Origin: Eledone cirrhosa
Lineage: Eukaryota
Length of the DNA stretch: 64,000 nucleotides
Reading direction: 5' to 3'
Assembly (NCBI GenBank): GCA_964016885.1
Contig: OZ024743.1
Coordinates: 180,916,001 to 180,980,000, forward strand
The number at the start of each line of letters is the position of its first letter. Position 1 is the first letter of the stretch. The notes under the pieces were generated by a model. The model searched no databases. It saw only the letters and a list, made by a program, of their open reading frames with translations, and was not told where the DNA came from. The position numbers were made by a program, and so were the translations under genes. Shown here one piece after another: positions 32,501 to 44,404 of the stretch.

Positions 32501-32926
32501 CCAGTCGCCCACTAATACTAAAGAGCGAGACGTTCCGAGAAAGGTCTCTAGACGTCTGAAGAAATCTGACCGTCTTTCCCCTGTTGGGGCGTAGACGGCT
32601 ACTAGCCTGAAAGCATTGCTTTCGCTGCCGGTCACGTCCAGCACCACCGACTTACCTTCTGGGTCCAGGAAGATGGCCCGGATGGCGAGATCCAAGCCTC
32701 TCCGAAAAAGCACGGCAACCCCTCCCCCAGATCCTGGACGGCTGGGAGATGTGTATACATTGTAGCCGCCGAAGATCGGTGCGACGGCTCGTGCTTCAGA
32801 GATTCTGGTCACACTGATGGCCACCACATCTATGTTTAGTGACCGGAGGTCGTTGAGCAGGTGATCCTGCTTCCAAGATGACCCCAGGCCACGTACATTT
32901 ATACTGCCTATTCTAAGTACGGCCAT
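29577..32926 (-). pseudogene. Tx1-1 ORF2: APE endonuclease, reverse transcriptase and C-terminal zinc finger; frameshifted, with stops
   Basis: IGSINVRGL, VAVYAP, VLVGDW, SYLDRVF, YTDHKFV (APE). KSPGLDGLP, NFRPITLLN, LDQSKAFDKVDH (RT). CPRC..ETVLHALVRC (zinc finger). Split over at least 6 ORFs. Confidence 0.92.
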
Positions 32927-32959
32927 GTTGGATGAGAAACGGGGTAAGTGAGAAAGGAT

Positions 32960-34930
32960 CACTTACCTTGATCGTGTGGTGAAGGGACAGTAGAACCGTC
33001 CCTTTGGCTGGTCATGGGTGTTTCCAAGAGGATGTCGGTGTATATCCTCTTGGTAACCGACCCTCCGAAGTCTCCAACTGCGTTGGGGAATTTTTGCTTT
33101 AAAAGTTTGTAATGTTCTATTGAGATTTCAATTATGCTTATGTTTGTCGGGAGAGTTCTTGGTGTTGATGGGCTGTAGTAGTTTTATTTTTGGTGTGATG
33201 TGTGTGCTGCTTTATGTGTTGTAGGAGTTCTTTATTTACCATGTTTATGGCTGTGTACTTTTTGGCGGGAGGGGCGATTTTGTTGCCGTTTTCTTGTTGC
33301 TGTTGGGTGTGTGTGTTTTGTTGTTTGCCATGTTGGTGTTTCTGGTGATGCTGGTGGTGGTGTGTTTGTTTTTGGTGGTGATGCTTGTGGTGGTGATAGT
33401 GATGAAGATGGTGTTGCTGCAAGTCTCGTTGCAGCCTTTACCTCTCTTTGTTTGCCTTCACATTTGGAGGGTGAAACTAAGGGTTTTTTCTTTTTTCTTT
33501 TTTGTGGCAGACCGTTTGCCACTTCCCTCCCGCCTCACACTCCATGTCAGACCCCGCGGCGTCCGGGAAGGGCATGAGCTCCACTGCTGTTGGTGGTGGT
33601 AGTTGAGCCCGCTGCGGCGATTTTACCGCCGGCGTGGCTACTGCGACTGTTGGTGTTGCCGCCACTGCTGCCGCTGCTTTAGTTGTCCATGGCCTTGGTA
33701 TGGGTGCCACTGACGTTGCCATCGTACTCACCATGGAAGGGCCTTCTGCCTCTGTTGCCTTCCCTGCTCTTGGTAGCAGCGGATCAGGCGTCGGAAGCAG
33801 GAGGGTGGGGGGTGGGGGCGCTCTTCTTGGATGTCTTCTGCGGGCAGAAGGCCCTGAGGTGACCCTTCTGCCCACAGAGATAGCACTTTGGGCGCCTTCC
33901 TTCCACGCTTATAGGGAGTTGGAGCCCTTCTTCGAGGTCTATGAGGTCTCGGATGGCCTCGATGCACTCCTGGTCAGTCTGTATTAGCATTTGCATGCCT
34001 ATTCCTGACCAGTTCTCTCTTCCCATTCTCTGTATTTGCAGTATGGTGGTCTTCTCCTCGATTCCAGCCAGTACAGATGCGGCCAGCCAAGGTATGGGCA
34101 CATCGGGCGGGACCTGGGTCACTTTGACCCTCACAATTTTCTGCCCGCAGTAGCAGGGCACCAAGACTATCTCCTCTCTCTTTAGAGTTTCCAAAGAATG
34201 AGACTTCGCCTCTTGGAGAGTGGCGAAAAGTACGTCTACTGTGCCGTACGTTTTGCCTCGGTGATGTGGGTTTTGAGCGCCCGGACGCACCCCAAGGCCT
34301 TTTGGATTTGAGCCTCCGTGGCTCTCTCCACCCGATCCGACATTTTGCTTACGGTGCGGTAAGTCACCGTGCGCAGTTGCTGGTCTTTGAAGAAATCGGG
34401 TGGAGGTTTCAGGGAAACTCTATTGTCGTTTCTTGACACCATGGCTCTTAAGACTGCCATCTCCTCCTCCGTGACTAGCACTGTCTCTATATTTCGGGCC
34501 ACACATGCGAAAGAAGCACCATTATTGCTGGTCTTGTTGTTGGTGCTGTTGCTACTGCTACAAACGGTGCTGTTGGTATTGTTGCTATTATGACTGCTGT
34601 AGTTGGTTGTGTTTTTGGTGCCACCGTTGTTGTTGTTTTCGGTGCAATCTGTATTGTTGCTGTTGGTGTTGTCTTTGTTTATTTTCTTGTTAGTGGTGTT
34701 AATATCGCTGTTCCATTTGTTGTCATTTTTTTCTGTTGTCTGCATTTTGGTTGACGCTGTTTTTGTTGTAGTTGGTGTGGTAATTTTTTCGAAATTAGTG
34801 TTCTCAGTGTTGTCTTTGTTCACGTTGTTTGTGGTGGTGTCTGTTGTAAAAATGTTTGTAACCCTCCTCTCAACTTTTACGCCGTTGTCACACGACAGCA
34901 AACATATTGCTGGGGGCGTGGCTCAGCCAT
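32960..34930 (-). pseudogene. Tx1-1 ORF1 (gag-like, CCHC zinc knuckle, low-complexity N/T-rich ends), frameshifted
   Basis: RPKCYLCGQKGHLRAFC (CX2CX4HX4C) in ORF 33784-34290. Homologous to ORF 42094-42717 of copy 2. Confidence 0.8.
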
Positions 34931-35134
34931 GTTTGTTTTTGTTTTAACAATTTTTTAAAAGCCAAATGTTCAGATATTTGCGCCAAAAGGCCCAAATATT
35001 TTACTTTCCCCTTCACAGGGCAAAGTCTAAGGGCTTATATCCCTTACACAACAAGAAATATTTAACAACAAATAATTTTAACAGGCAAATAAAGCGAATT
35101 ACTGGGTGCGAGCAAAAAGCGTCCGAACAGACCG

Positions 35135-35155
35135 ATAATAATAATAATAATAATA
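35135..35155. repeat. (ATA)7 microsatellite between the Tx1-1 5' end and Dong-B
   Basis: Direct reading. Confidence 0.95.
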
Positions 35156-37460
35156 CCTACCTTCTACCGAAGAACAACGAAATCAAAGATCCAAAAAACT
35201 ATCGGCCCATAACCTGCTTGTCCACCACTTATAAACTATTAACCTCTATTCTCATGGAAAAAGCATACGTGTTTTTGGAGAAGAATAATCTTTTCCCCAT
35301 TGAACAAAAAGGGTACTGACGAGGTTCATATGGTTGCAAAGATCAACTTTTGATTAATCGGATGATCCTTGAGAACTGTCAATAACACAGAAATTTCAGT
35401 TCTGCATGGATCGATTATAAAAAAGCCTTTGACAGCATACCACACTCATGGATTCTTAAATCACTGGACATCTTCAAAATATCACCTGTGATCTCAAACT
35501 TCCTGAAACACAATATATCATTATGGAACACAAATCTCCACTTGTCTCATACCACTGAGGTACTGTGCTCTAGGAATATGAACATCAACTGTGGTATATT
35601 CCAGGGTGACTCACTTTCACCCTTGCTTTTCTGCATAGCTTTAATACTCCTTACATCCGAGCTTAATAGAACAGGGTACGGTTATAGAATTGACAAAAAA
35701 AAAATAAGCCACCTATTTTATATGGATGATTTGAAGCTATATTGCAAAGATAATGACGAACTGGAAGGCCTTTTGCGGACAGTAAAAACGTTTAGCGGTG
35801 ACATCAGGGTGGAGTTTGGACTTGACAAGTGTGCAAAAGCCACTTTCAAGAAGGGGAAGCTTGTCAACTCAGACTCAGTTGAATTGGATGCTGAAACAAT
35901 CATAAAGGAACTTGAGCAGGAACAAACCTATAAATACTTAGGGATTAATGAGGGCTCTGGCATACAGCATGCAAGTATGAAAGAGAGGATAAGGAAAGAA
36001 TGTTACAGGAGAGTACGTGCAGTTCTGAGATCAGAACTAAACGCTCGTAACATGGTGCTAGCCATAAATTCCTTGGCAGTCCCAGTTGTCACTTATAGCT
36101 TCGGTGTGTTGAACTGGAATATGAGTGAAATAAAAAAAAAATCGACACCAAAAATCTGTAAGCTACTGACCTGTAATAGGATGCACCACGCAAAAGCAGT
36201 GTGGATCGTCTTTACCTTCCTAGAACTCAAGGAGGCCGTGGCCTGATCCAATTTGAACTTGCTTACAAGACTACCATCATTGGACTGGCCAAATACATTG
36301 AAACAACTAACGACTGTATGCTGAAACTTGTTGAAAAGAATGAGAGAAGTAAGAAGCTTCATCCTATCTTAAAGGAGAGCAAAAAATATGCAACTGATCT
36401 CATGCTTGATACCCAGGCTGGACAGACTAAAGAAACTGTTGCAACTGATGCTGTTAGGCACATAAAATCACTGGCAAAAGCAAAAGGGCAGAGACAATTA
36501 GCATCAAATTGGGAGCAGAAACCTCTGCATGGCAAATATGTGGCCCGTAGCAAACAAGCTGATGTTGACCAAAAGCACACCCATCAGTGGCTACGTAGTT
36601 CAGAGCTAAAGGCGGAGAGAGAAGGCTTCTTCTTAGCTGCCCAAGATCAAAGCTTATTGACTCGTAATTACCAGGCCAATGTGATGAGAAACGAAATAAA
36701 CCCAAAGTGCCGATTCTGCAATGTTGGGGTTGAAACAGTGGATCACTTAGTCTCTGGATGTAAAGTTTTAGCACCAGTAGAATACAAAAATAGACATGAC
36801 AGAGTTGGCCAATTTATCTACACTGGGTAATATGTCGGCATTACAAAATCAAAGCTGAAGACAAGTGGTACAATTACCCTGAGGCTGTAACTGAAGGAGA
36901 AAAAGTAACAATTCTCTGGGACTTTCCTGTACATACTGACAGGACCATAAAAGCAAATAGACCTGACATCATTATAAAAGATCAATATAATAAGGTCTGT
37001 TTGTTGATAGATATGAGAATCCCATGTGATCACAATATCGCGGCAAAAGAATTTGACAAGCTTCGAAAATATAAAGGTCTGGTTATTGAAATTGAGAAAA
37101 TGTGGCACCTCAAGGCCGTTACAATACCAGTGATTGTGGGAGGACTGGATATGATCAAGAAAGGAACAGAACAATATTTGCGAATGATTCCTGGTTTACC
37201 CTTTCTGTACGAGGTGCAAAAAATTGTTTTGACTGGTACTGCACACGTATTGAGAAGAGCACTATCTCTGTAAGATTGATATCCCTCCTTGTATTTACAT
37301 ATGCATATGCACATGTGTATATATGTATACTCTTTTTTTTAAATTATAATCAATGTGCTGTATTAACTGCCTTACCAATGTACACTGTGAATTTATTTGC
37401 CCTAGGTGTCAGGAAGACACCCGGCATATATCTCGGAGACAATACTGAAAGAAAATAAAA
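35153..37460 (+). mobile_element. 5'-truncated R4/Dong-clade retrotransposon, family B (RT, CCHC, REL), disrupted
   Basis: TYLLPK..NYRPITCL, GIFQGDSLSPLLF, HLFYMDDLKLY, YKYLG, LYLPRTQGGRGL, AAQDQ, CRFC..ETVDHLVSGC, RHD and RPDII. Starts and ends in (TAA)n. Confidence 0.93.
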
Positions 37461-37492
37461 ATAACAATAATAATAATAATAATAATAATAAT
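37461..37492. repeat. (TAA)n tract between Dong-B and Dong-A2
   Basis: Direct reading. Confidence 0.95.
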
Positions 37493-38245
37493 GACCTTAA
37501 AAAGCTACAGAAGGAATGCTAATGGCTGCGCAAGAGCAAGCCCTCAGAACGAAGTGGGTGACACACCATATTGACAAGGAGGAGGCTAGCTCACTGTGTA
37601 GGATCTGTGGAGAGAGAGAGGGGAGACTGTGGCTCACATTGTATCCGAGTGTAAACACCTAGCCTAGACTCACTATAAGGGCTGGAGACATGATGTGATA
37701 GGCAGGCTGATCCACTGGCATCTATGCAAAGTAAACAATTTACCACATTCTGAGAAGTGGTATGAGCATAAGCCAGAGTCGGTGATAGAAAACGATCAGG
37801 TGAAGGTGCTGTGGGATTTTAGGATACAGACGGACAAGAAACTGGAACAAAATAGACCTGACCTGGTGGTTTTGGACAAGGAAAAAGATCGTGTCTGATT
37901 GTAGATGTAGCCTGCCCATTTGACACGAGAGTGCAAGAAAAGGAGAGGGAGAAAAATTAACCAATACCAAAACTTAACGTGGGAGCAAAAAAGGATTAGG
38001 AACTGCCATGAAGTCAAGGTCATCCCGATTGTCATAGGCGCACTAGGTACTATCTCAAAGAGTTTCCAAGGATGGTTAAAGAAGATTAGTCCAGCCCCGC
38101 ATTTTAGAACACTTCAAAAGGCATGCTTGCTGGGAACAGCAAGAACCCTGCGATGCGTTCTGAATGTCTGAGGCTGCAGATAGCGGCTTGATATTCATTT
38201 CAACAAACTTTCCAGTTAACTAACATCAATGACTGTGACTCAAAG
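37493..38245 (+). mobile_element. 5'-truncated R4/Dong-clade retrotransposon, family A copy 2
   Basis: Highly similar to 28571-29289, with the same 3' end GACTCAAAG. Retains CRICG and VIPIVIGALG, which are partly deleted in copy 1. Confidence 0.92.
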
Positions 38246-38272
38246 AACAATAATAATAATAATAATAATAAT
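38246..38272. repeat. AAC(AAT)8 tract joining the Dong-A2 3' end to the Tx1-2 3' end
   Basis: Direct reading. Confidence 0.95.
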
Positions 38273-38519
38273 GCTTTCTTTATTAACCACAAGGGTTTAC
38301 ATAAAGTAGACATTAAGGACAGTACAGGACAATAAGGACAGTACACATGGGCATTTCTGCGTGTAAAAAAAACAGAGGATATAATAAAAAAAATAACAAT
38401 GAAAAATTCCCCAATAGGGGGGAGGCTTCCGAGGGACATTTGTGGAGAAAGCCCATTAAAAGGCCACAGTGACCCTGACCACCAGGGCAAGTGCCCTCTC
38501 CCAGTTTTCCACCTTTAAT

Positions 38520-41500
38520 TTACAGACACATACTCAGAGTAGGCCCATTCACTCGGGCCATACTTGCTTCTCTCACCCATCTTTCAACAAAATGCTGGGA
38601 AGAGAGCACTTCCATCTCTACCTTGACTTTCCTTTTCAAATGGAATTTGAAGTCAATCAGGGCATCACCGAAGAGGTAAGTGCTCGTCTTCAGCCCTTTC
38701 AAACGTGTCCAACATACTATCTCTTTCGCCATGGCCACCAGACAGATAAAAACTGCCTGCCCTTCCCGGCTAAAGGAAGAGGGCGGGGCAATCCTCACGA
38801 TGGACTCAGCTGATAGCCGGATCCGTCCTACACGTGACAACAGGTGTTCGACATAAACCCACAAGTCAGCAATGCTCGGACACTGGACGAGTGCGTGCAG
38901 GACGGTTTCATCATCCTGCGCGCATCTCGGACATGCCAGGCTGATGGCACCTCCATGCCTGTAGAGTTTATCCCGAATTGGCAAAGCTCTTCGGTAGCAC
39001 TGCCAGGCCAGGAATTTCTGGAAATTGTCCATAGGCCCCGGCCCGAAAATCCTTCCGAAGAGATTGGCTAGTTGATTTTCGTCGACGCCTAGAGTTTCTC
39101 CAAGTACGTCGTCGCTCTTCCCCTCCACTAATCCTCTATAGAACGCAAAGGTGGAGTTTCCACCGATCACATTGCCCGATTGGTCGAGGGCTGTGAGCGC
39201 CTGAAGACATTCCAGTCTCCAGGCGCTCCCTCTCGGTCTTCGCTTGACCCAGGACTGCAGCTCCGTCAAGGAAACGAGCTGGGGAAATACGTGTCTAGCA
39301 AACGGCGACCACACCTGATCACCGTCGAGGAAGAGGTGGAGATGTCGTAACCTGAGCGCGTGTCTGCGCATCATCAGCCATGGCATGCTCAGCCCTCCAC
39401 GTAGCGGGTGTTGACAGCAGATGGACCGCCTGACCATCGGAGCGCGTCCCTTCCACAAAAAGCGAAAGAGCAAATGCTCTAGCGCAGTCAGGCGGGGCTT
39501 AGGTCAAGGTACGACGGTCAGGCGGTAGTAGATGACGGCCGCGATGTACGCGTTGGCCACCTCCGCTCGACCTTTCAGGGATAGCTTCCTCTCCGCCCAT
39601 TTCTGGGTGAGAGAAGCCACCCTGCTCGTCACCTCGTCCCAGTTTTTGTCCGTCTGGAGGTCCGGACCGAACCAGACCCCTAGCAATTTAACCGGTCCGT
39701 CCGTCCAGCGCCCGACGACGCTGTTGGACGGCATGGACCTGCCTCTCCAGGTGCCGAGCTGCAGGCCCACTGACTTTTCCTGGTTGATCATTGCTCCTGT
39801 TACCGCTTCGTATTCTCTTAGTGTAGTGCCGATCGCCTCGATGTGTTTGGCGTTCGACACCACTACGGTGACATTTTGCGCATATGCTGACACATATCTT
39901 TCGCATCCTAGTTCGCGCGGGACCCCCTCAACGTCTCCAGTCAATACGTACAAGAGGGACGAGAGGGGACATCCTTGGCGGACCGAGCGCATTCTGTTGA
40001 ACGGTTCCGAAAGGTGACCGTTCACTCTCACCTCAGAGCAGATGTCGCTGTGCATGGCAGCGATCCAGCCTCTGAAGACGGGCCCAAAGCCAGCTGCCCT
40101 CAGGGCTGCCGCTAGGTAACGATGGTCGACCCTATCGAAAGCTTTCCACTTAATCTAAATTGATCAAGGACCCACCCGTGCCAGGTTCCCTAGCTACCCT
40201 CTCTACGATGTATCGCATAAGGTGGAGGTTGTCGTGGATGGATCTGTCGGGAATGGCTCATGTCTGCGCCTCTCTCACCAGATCACCAACGACAAGCGCC
40301 AACCTCTTTGCTAGCACCTTGGCCAAAATCTTGAACTCTGTGTTTAGCAGAGTTATGGGCCTAAAATTATCTATGTTATCCCCTTTGTTCGGATCCTTTC
40401 TCAGCAGCGCCACAGCTCATCAGCTCACAAGGCTGGGAATTCTCCCGTTCTGTTGCCAGTTGCAGAAGACGTCCGCCAAGACGCGTCCGAACAAGTCTGG
40501 CATCTGTACGTAAAATTCATAGGTCAGACCATCCAAACCAGGCGATTTACCTCTTGTGCAGCCAGTCATTGCCTATCGTACTTCAGCGGCTGTTATCGGC
40601 TTTTCGCAACCCTCCGCCTCAGTGGCCGAGAGCCGCGGCAGTCCGTCGAGGTAAACACTAAAGTGCATTCCTCGATCCGGCCCTCCGCTGGCCCCGAACA
40701 GCTGTGCGAAGTGTCGCTGAAAAGCTTCACACATTTGCCCGGGATCGACTAGCATGCGCCCGTCGTGGTCCACCAAAGACCGGATCGTGGCTTTGTTGCC
40801 ACGACGCGCCTCCGCCACTTGGGCCCATTGAACGGCTTTCGTTCCCTCGTGTCTGAAAGCACGCACCCTAGCTCTGACAACGCAGCCTTCGTGCTTTGCA
40901 TTGAAGAATTGGTCAAGGGCCAATTTCTCCGCAAGTAAGTCGGTCGCGATGCCTTTGCTAAGCGTCTCGTCTAATTTTCTAACTAGTTCTCCCTCTGCTC
41001 TATTTTTCTCTATAGCTAAAGCCTTACTAAACCTAATGGACTCTATTCTAATCGCACTTTTCAGAGCAAACCACAACTTGTTGTTGACGATGGCCCCCGT
41101 CAACGCTCGCTTAACTAGTTCGCTAATCCGGTTTCTGTAGGCCTTGCGCGCTGGTAAGGACGCGTTTAGCTTCCAGTAGCAGGGCCCTCGTCTATGAAGC
41201 CTATCTAAGTCAAGCACACAGATCACAAATTTGTGGTCCGTGTAGCTGACAATCTTGAACTGTGGACAGCTTATTCTAGACCTATCTATTTCCCTACAAA
41301 ATACTCTATCTAGATATGATCTGGATGACCCTATGCGATTTGTCCAAGTCCACATTGGCACATTCTTGAAATCCAATCAGTACCTGTCAGACAGTTCAAA
41401 ACGCCTGAGCAGGTTGGTGAGACTCTTGCACCTTCCTCCCCTATCCGCTAATCCCACACAGTCCCAGCGTGCATCTAAGATCCCGTTCCAGTCGCCCACT

Positions 41501-41912
41501 AACACTAAAGAGCGGGACGTTCCTAGAAAGGTCTCCAGACGCCAGAAGAAATCAGGCCGCCCTGCTCCTCTCGGGACATAGACGGCCACTAGCCTGAAAG
41601 CTTGCCCTTCTCCGCTGGTCACGTCCAGCACCACCAACTTACCTTCTGGATCCAAGAAGATGGTCCGTATGGCGAGATCCAAACCTCTCCGAAAAAGCAC
41701 AGAAACTCCTCCCCCCGATCCAGGACGGCTGGGAGATGCGTACACATCGTAGCCGCCGAAGATCGGTGCGAAGGCCCGTGCTTCGGAGATTCTGGTCTCG
41801 CTGATGGCCACTACATCTATGTTTAGTGACCTGAGGTCGTTGAGCAGGTGGCCCTGCTTCCATGACGTCCCCAAGCCACGCGCATTTATGCTGCCATTCT
41901 GAGTGAGGTCAT
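38520..41912 (-). pseudogene. Tx1-2 ORF2 (APE, RT, zinc finger), disrupted
   Basis: SINARGL, DVVAISETR, VLVGDWN, SYLDRVF, YTDHKFV, SVRQGCPLS, CPRCAQDDETVLHALVQC. Confidence 0.92.
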
Positions 41913-42891
41913 GTGGAGACTCTGTTGCAGCTGCAGTTGGTATTGCTGTTGTTGTTGTTAATACTTCCACTGCTGCTGCTGCTGTCCTTGATTTCCGTGG
42001 CGTGGGTATGGGTGCCACGGACCTATCCTTCCTGATGGCCGCCTGTCCTGTTGCTGGTAGCAGTGGAGCCGGTTTCGGAAGGAGGGGGGTTTTCTATTTT
42101 CTCAGGGTCTTCTCATTGCAGAAGGCCCTGAGGTGAGTCTTCGATCCACAGCGAAAGCATTTCGGGCGTTTGCCCTCAACACTTATGGGCAGTTGAGTGC
42201 CGTTATCGAAGTCTATCACATCCGGGATAGCTTCAATGCACTCCTGGTTGGTTTGGATTAACATCTCAATGGAGGTGCCGACCCAGTCTTCTCGTACTCT
42301 TTTCTGTACTTGCAGTACAGTTGTTTTGTCCTCGATTCCGACGAGAACAGACGCGGCCAGCCAAGAAGGAGTCATCCCGGTGGGGACGTGGGTCAGTTTG
42401 ACCCTCACAAATGTTTGTCCGCAGTAGGAGGGCACCAACACCATTTCCTCGCTCCTTAGTGTCACTAAGGATTGAGCCTTTGCCTCCTGGGGTGTGGCAA
42501 AAAGCACGTCCACGGTGGCATATTTCTTGCCTCGGGTGATATGCGTTTGTCGCTGCCACACAGACCCTAAGGCTTTTTGTATTTGAGCCTCTGTGGCTCT
42601 TTCAACCCTACGGGATTTTGTGCTTACTATACGGTACGTGACCGTACAGTGCTGTTGGGTTTCGAAAGATTTTTCGGCTGCCTTGCAGATTGCTCGGTGT
42701 CCGGTTTTCGTCACCATCTTCTTTGCTTCCTGTAATTCCTCATTTGTTATAAGGATGGTTTCCAGGTTCTTTGCGATACCTGCAAACGAGATGGGTTTTT
42801 CTTTCTTGTTGTTGTTGTTGTCGTCGTCAGAGCTGCTGTTACTTTTGTTGTTGCTGCTGGTACTACGACTGCCGCCGCCGTTGTGTGGTTG

Positions 42892-42937
<46 letters not shown>

Positions 42938-43310
42938 TGCTAATGCTGTTGTTGTTTAAGCTGCTGCTAATGCTGTAGCGGCTGCTACTGTTGTTTTCCT
43001 TGTCATTGTTGCTGCTGTTGCTGTTATTACGGCTGCTACTGCTATTATTCATGACGTCAGACGAATGAAATGGGTTTCCATATTTACCGCACACATTTTT
43101 CGTCGTTGTCGTCGTCGTGGAGAAATGTTCCACGTTTTGTACGTGATCTTGGAAACTATCAGAAACTATATTTTTCTTTTCCTTTACTGGCGTCGCTTGC
43201 GAAAGAGAAGGGAGGGAGAGAGACAATCTTCTCTCTGATGTAGTGACGATTGAGGAAGAAGAAGACGGAATGAGTGGGAGTGACTTGTGAAAATTCTTTT
43301 TTGTAGCCAT
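41913..43310 (-). pseudogene. Tx1-2 ORF1 (CCHC knuckle, poly-S/N tract from CAG/AAC repeats), disrupted and shorter at its 3' end
   Basis: RPKCFRCGSKTHLRAFC in ORF 42094-42717. ATG of MATKK at 43310. Confidence 0.8.
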
Positions 43311-43523
43311 GTTTTTTTGGTTTAAAATAAATATTGGGCACAAAACCCCAATAAGCGGTTATTTAACCCCGAAGGGCCAAATAACGGGCAGAAAGACCCC
43401 TCTCACGAGGAGGAGGGTGTTTTTGTCTACAATTTGGTTAAAGTTTTAAACAATTTACAATTGTTATAGCGGTTAAAATTTACTATACCTTACAGAGGCG
43501 AGCCTCCGTCAACCATGGCATTC

Positions 43524-43541
43524 AATAATATAATAATAATA
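43524..43541. repeat. Imperfect (AAT)n tract between the Tx1-2 5' end and Dong-C
   Basis: AATAATATAATAATAATA. Confidence 0.9.
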
Positions 43542-44067
43542 CTTAAAAAAGTTCACATCTCAATCTTGTGGAACTTTAGCATCCAAACAGACCGAAAAAT
43601 AGATGCAAATAGACCTGATATAATACTGAAGGACTTTAAAAAGAGGGTATGCCTGCTAATTGATATGTCCGTTCCAATAGACAAGAATGTATCTATAAAA
43701 ACATTTGAAAAATTGAGCAAGTATAAAGACCTGGAGATAGAAATTGGAAAAATGTGGAAATTGAGAACTAAAACAATACCAGTGGTTGTAGGCGCTCTAG
43801 GAATGATACCTAAGGGGTCTAATGATTACTTATCGCAAATCCCAGGAAACCCGCGTATAGGAGAAATACAAAAGATAATACTAGTGGGAACTGCCTATAT
43901 ACTAAGGAAGATTCTGTCAATATAAGTACATCACAAGTCTAAACACTAAAGATGCATGTGTGAGTATGTATGTTCTTTCTTGAACATGGCGGACCTTGTT
44001 GTCTCTTGAGGTCACTGGTTGTGATTTGGTGATAACTCGTATGAACATAAAGCAAGATAAATGCAAC
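43542..44067 (+). mobile_element. 3' fragment of an R4/Dong-clade retrotransposon, family C (REL domain and 3' UTR), ending in (TAA)n(CAA)n
   Basis: ILWNFSIQTD, NRPDII, LIDMSVP, EKLSKYKDL, IPVVVGALG. (TAA)n follows at 44068-44084. Confidence 0.9.
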
Positions 44068-44373
44068 TATAATAATAATAATAACAACAACAACAGCAAT
44101 AATGTCGGATAGTCTTGTCCATTATAATCAATTAGACTAAGCAAGGAATTAGAAGAGATAAGAGCTACAAACAGAGAACAGAAAGAGACTACAAAGAAAG
44201 AATAATACTGCAAATCACTGTCTTCTCTTTTATTTCGTTTACTTATCTCTAGTTTTTTCCGTTATTGTTGTTGTTTCTTTTTTTTTTTTGGTATTATTAT
44301 ATTTCCAATAATAACAATATATATACTTATGTTTATATATATTAGTGTGTATGTGTCTCTGCCTATATGTATA

Positions 44374-44403
<30 letters not shown>

Positions 44404-44404
<1 letters not shown>

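Larger units (their letters stand above)
29314..35134 (-). mobile_element. Near-full-length Tx1-clade (L1 group) non-LTR retrotransposon, copy 1, about 5.8 kb, flanked by (ATT)n on both sides
   Basis: ORF1 with a CCHC knuckle, then ORF2 APE-RT-zinc finger. AATAAA on the minus strand at 29320-29325, followed after 6 nt by (ATT)n. The 5' end abuts (ATA)7 at 35135. Confidence 0.92.
38273..43523 (-). mobile_element. Near-full-length Tx1-clade retrotransposon, copy 2 (different subfamily, about 5.25 kb), flanked by (ATT)n
   Basis: Same ORF1/ORF2 motifs as copy 1. The 3' end AATAAAGAAAGC is followed by (ATT)n. The 5' end abuts an AAT-type tract at 43524. The 5' UTR and ORF1 N-terminus are not visibly alignable to copy 1. 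Confidence 0.92.

Noticed and set aside
34966-35319. 117-aa ORF as a single gene
   Set aside because: It is a chimeric read-through from the antisense Tx1 5' UTR across (ATA)7 into the Dong-B RT.
41900-41925. Tx1-2 as a spliced retrocopy of Tx1-1
   Set aside because: The missing segment does not have GT..AG ends at the junction, and the donor at 32966 lies inside the missing part.
28402-43523. Segmental duplication of a Dong-A + Tx1 unit
   Set aside because: The Dong-A copies are highly similar but have different 5' truncations. The two Tx1 copies are far more diverged, with non-alignable 5' ends, so independent insertions fit better.
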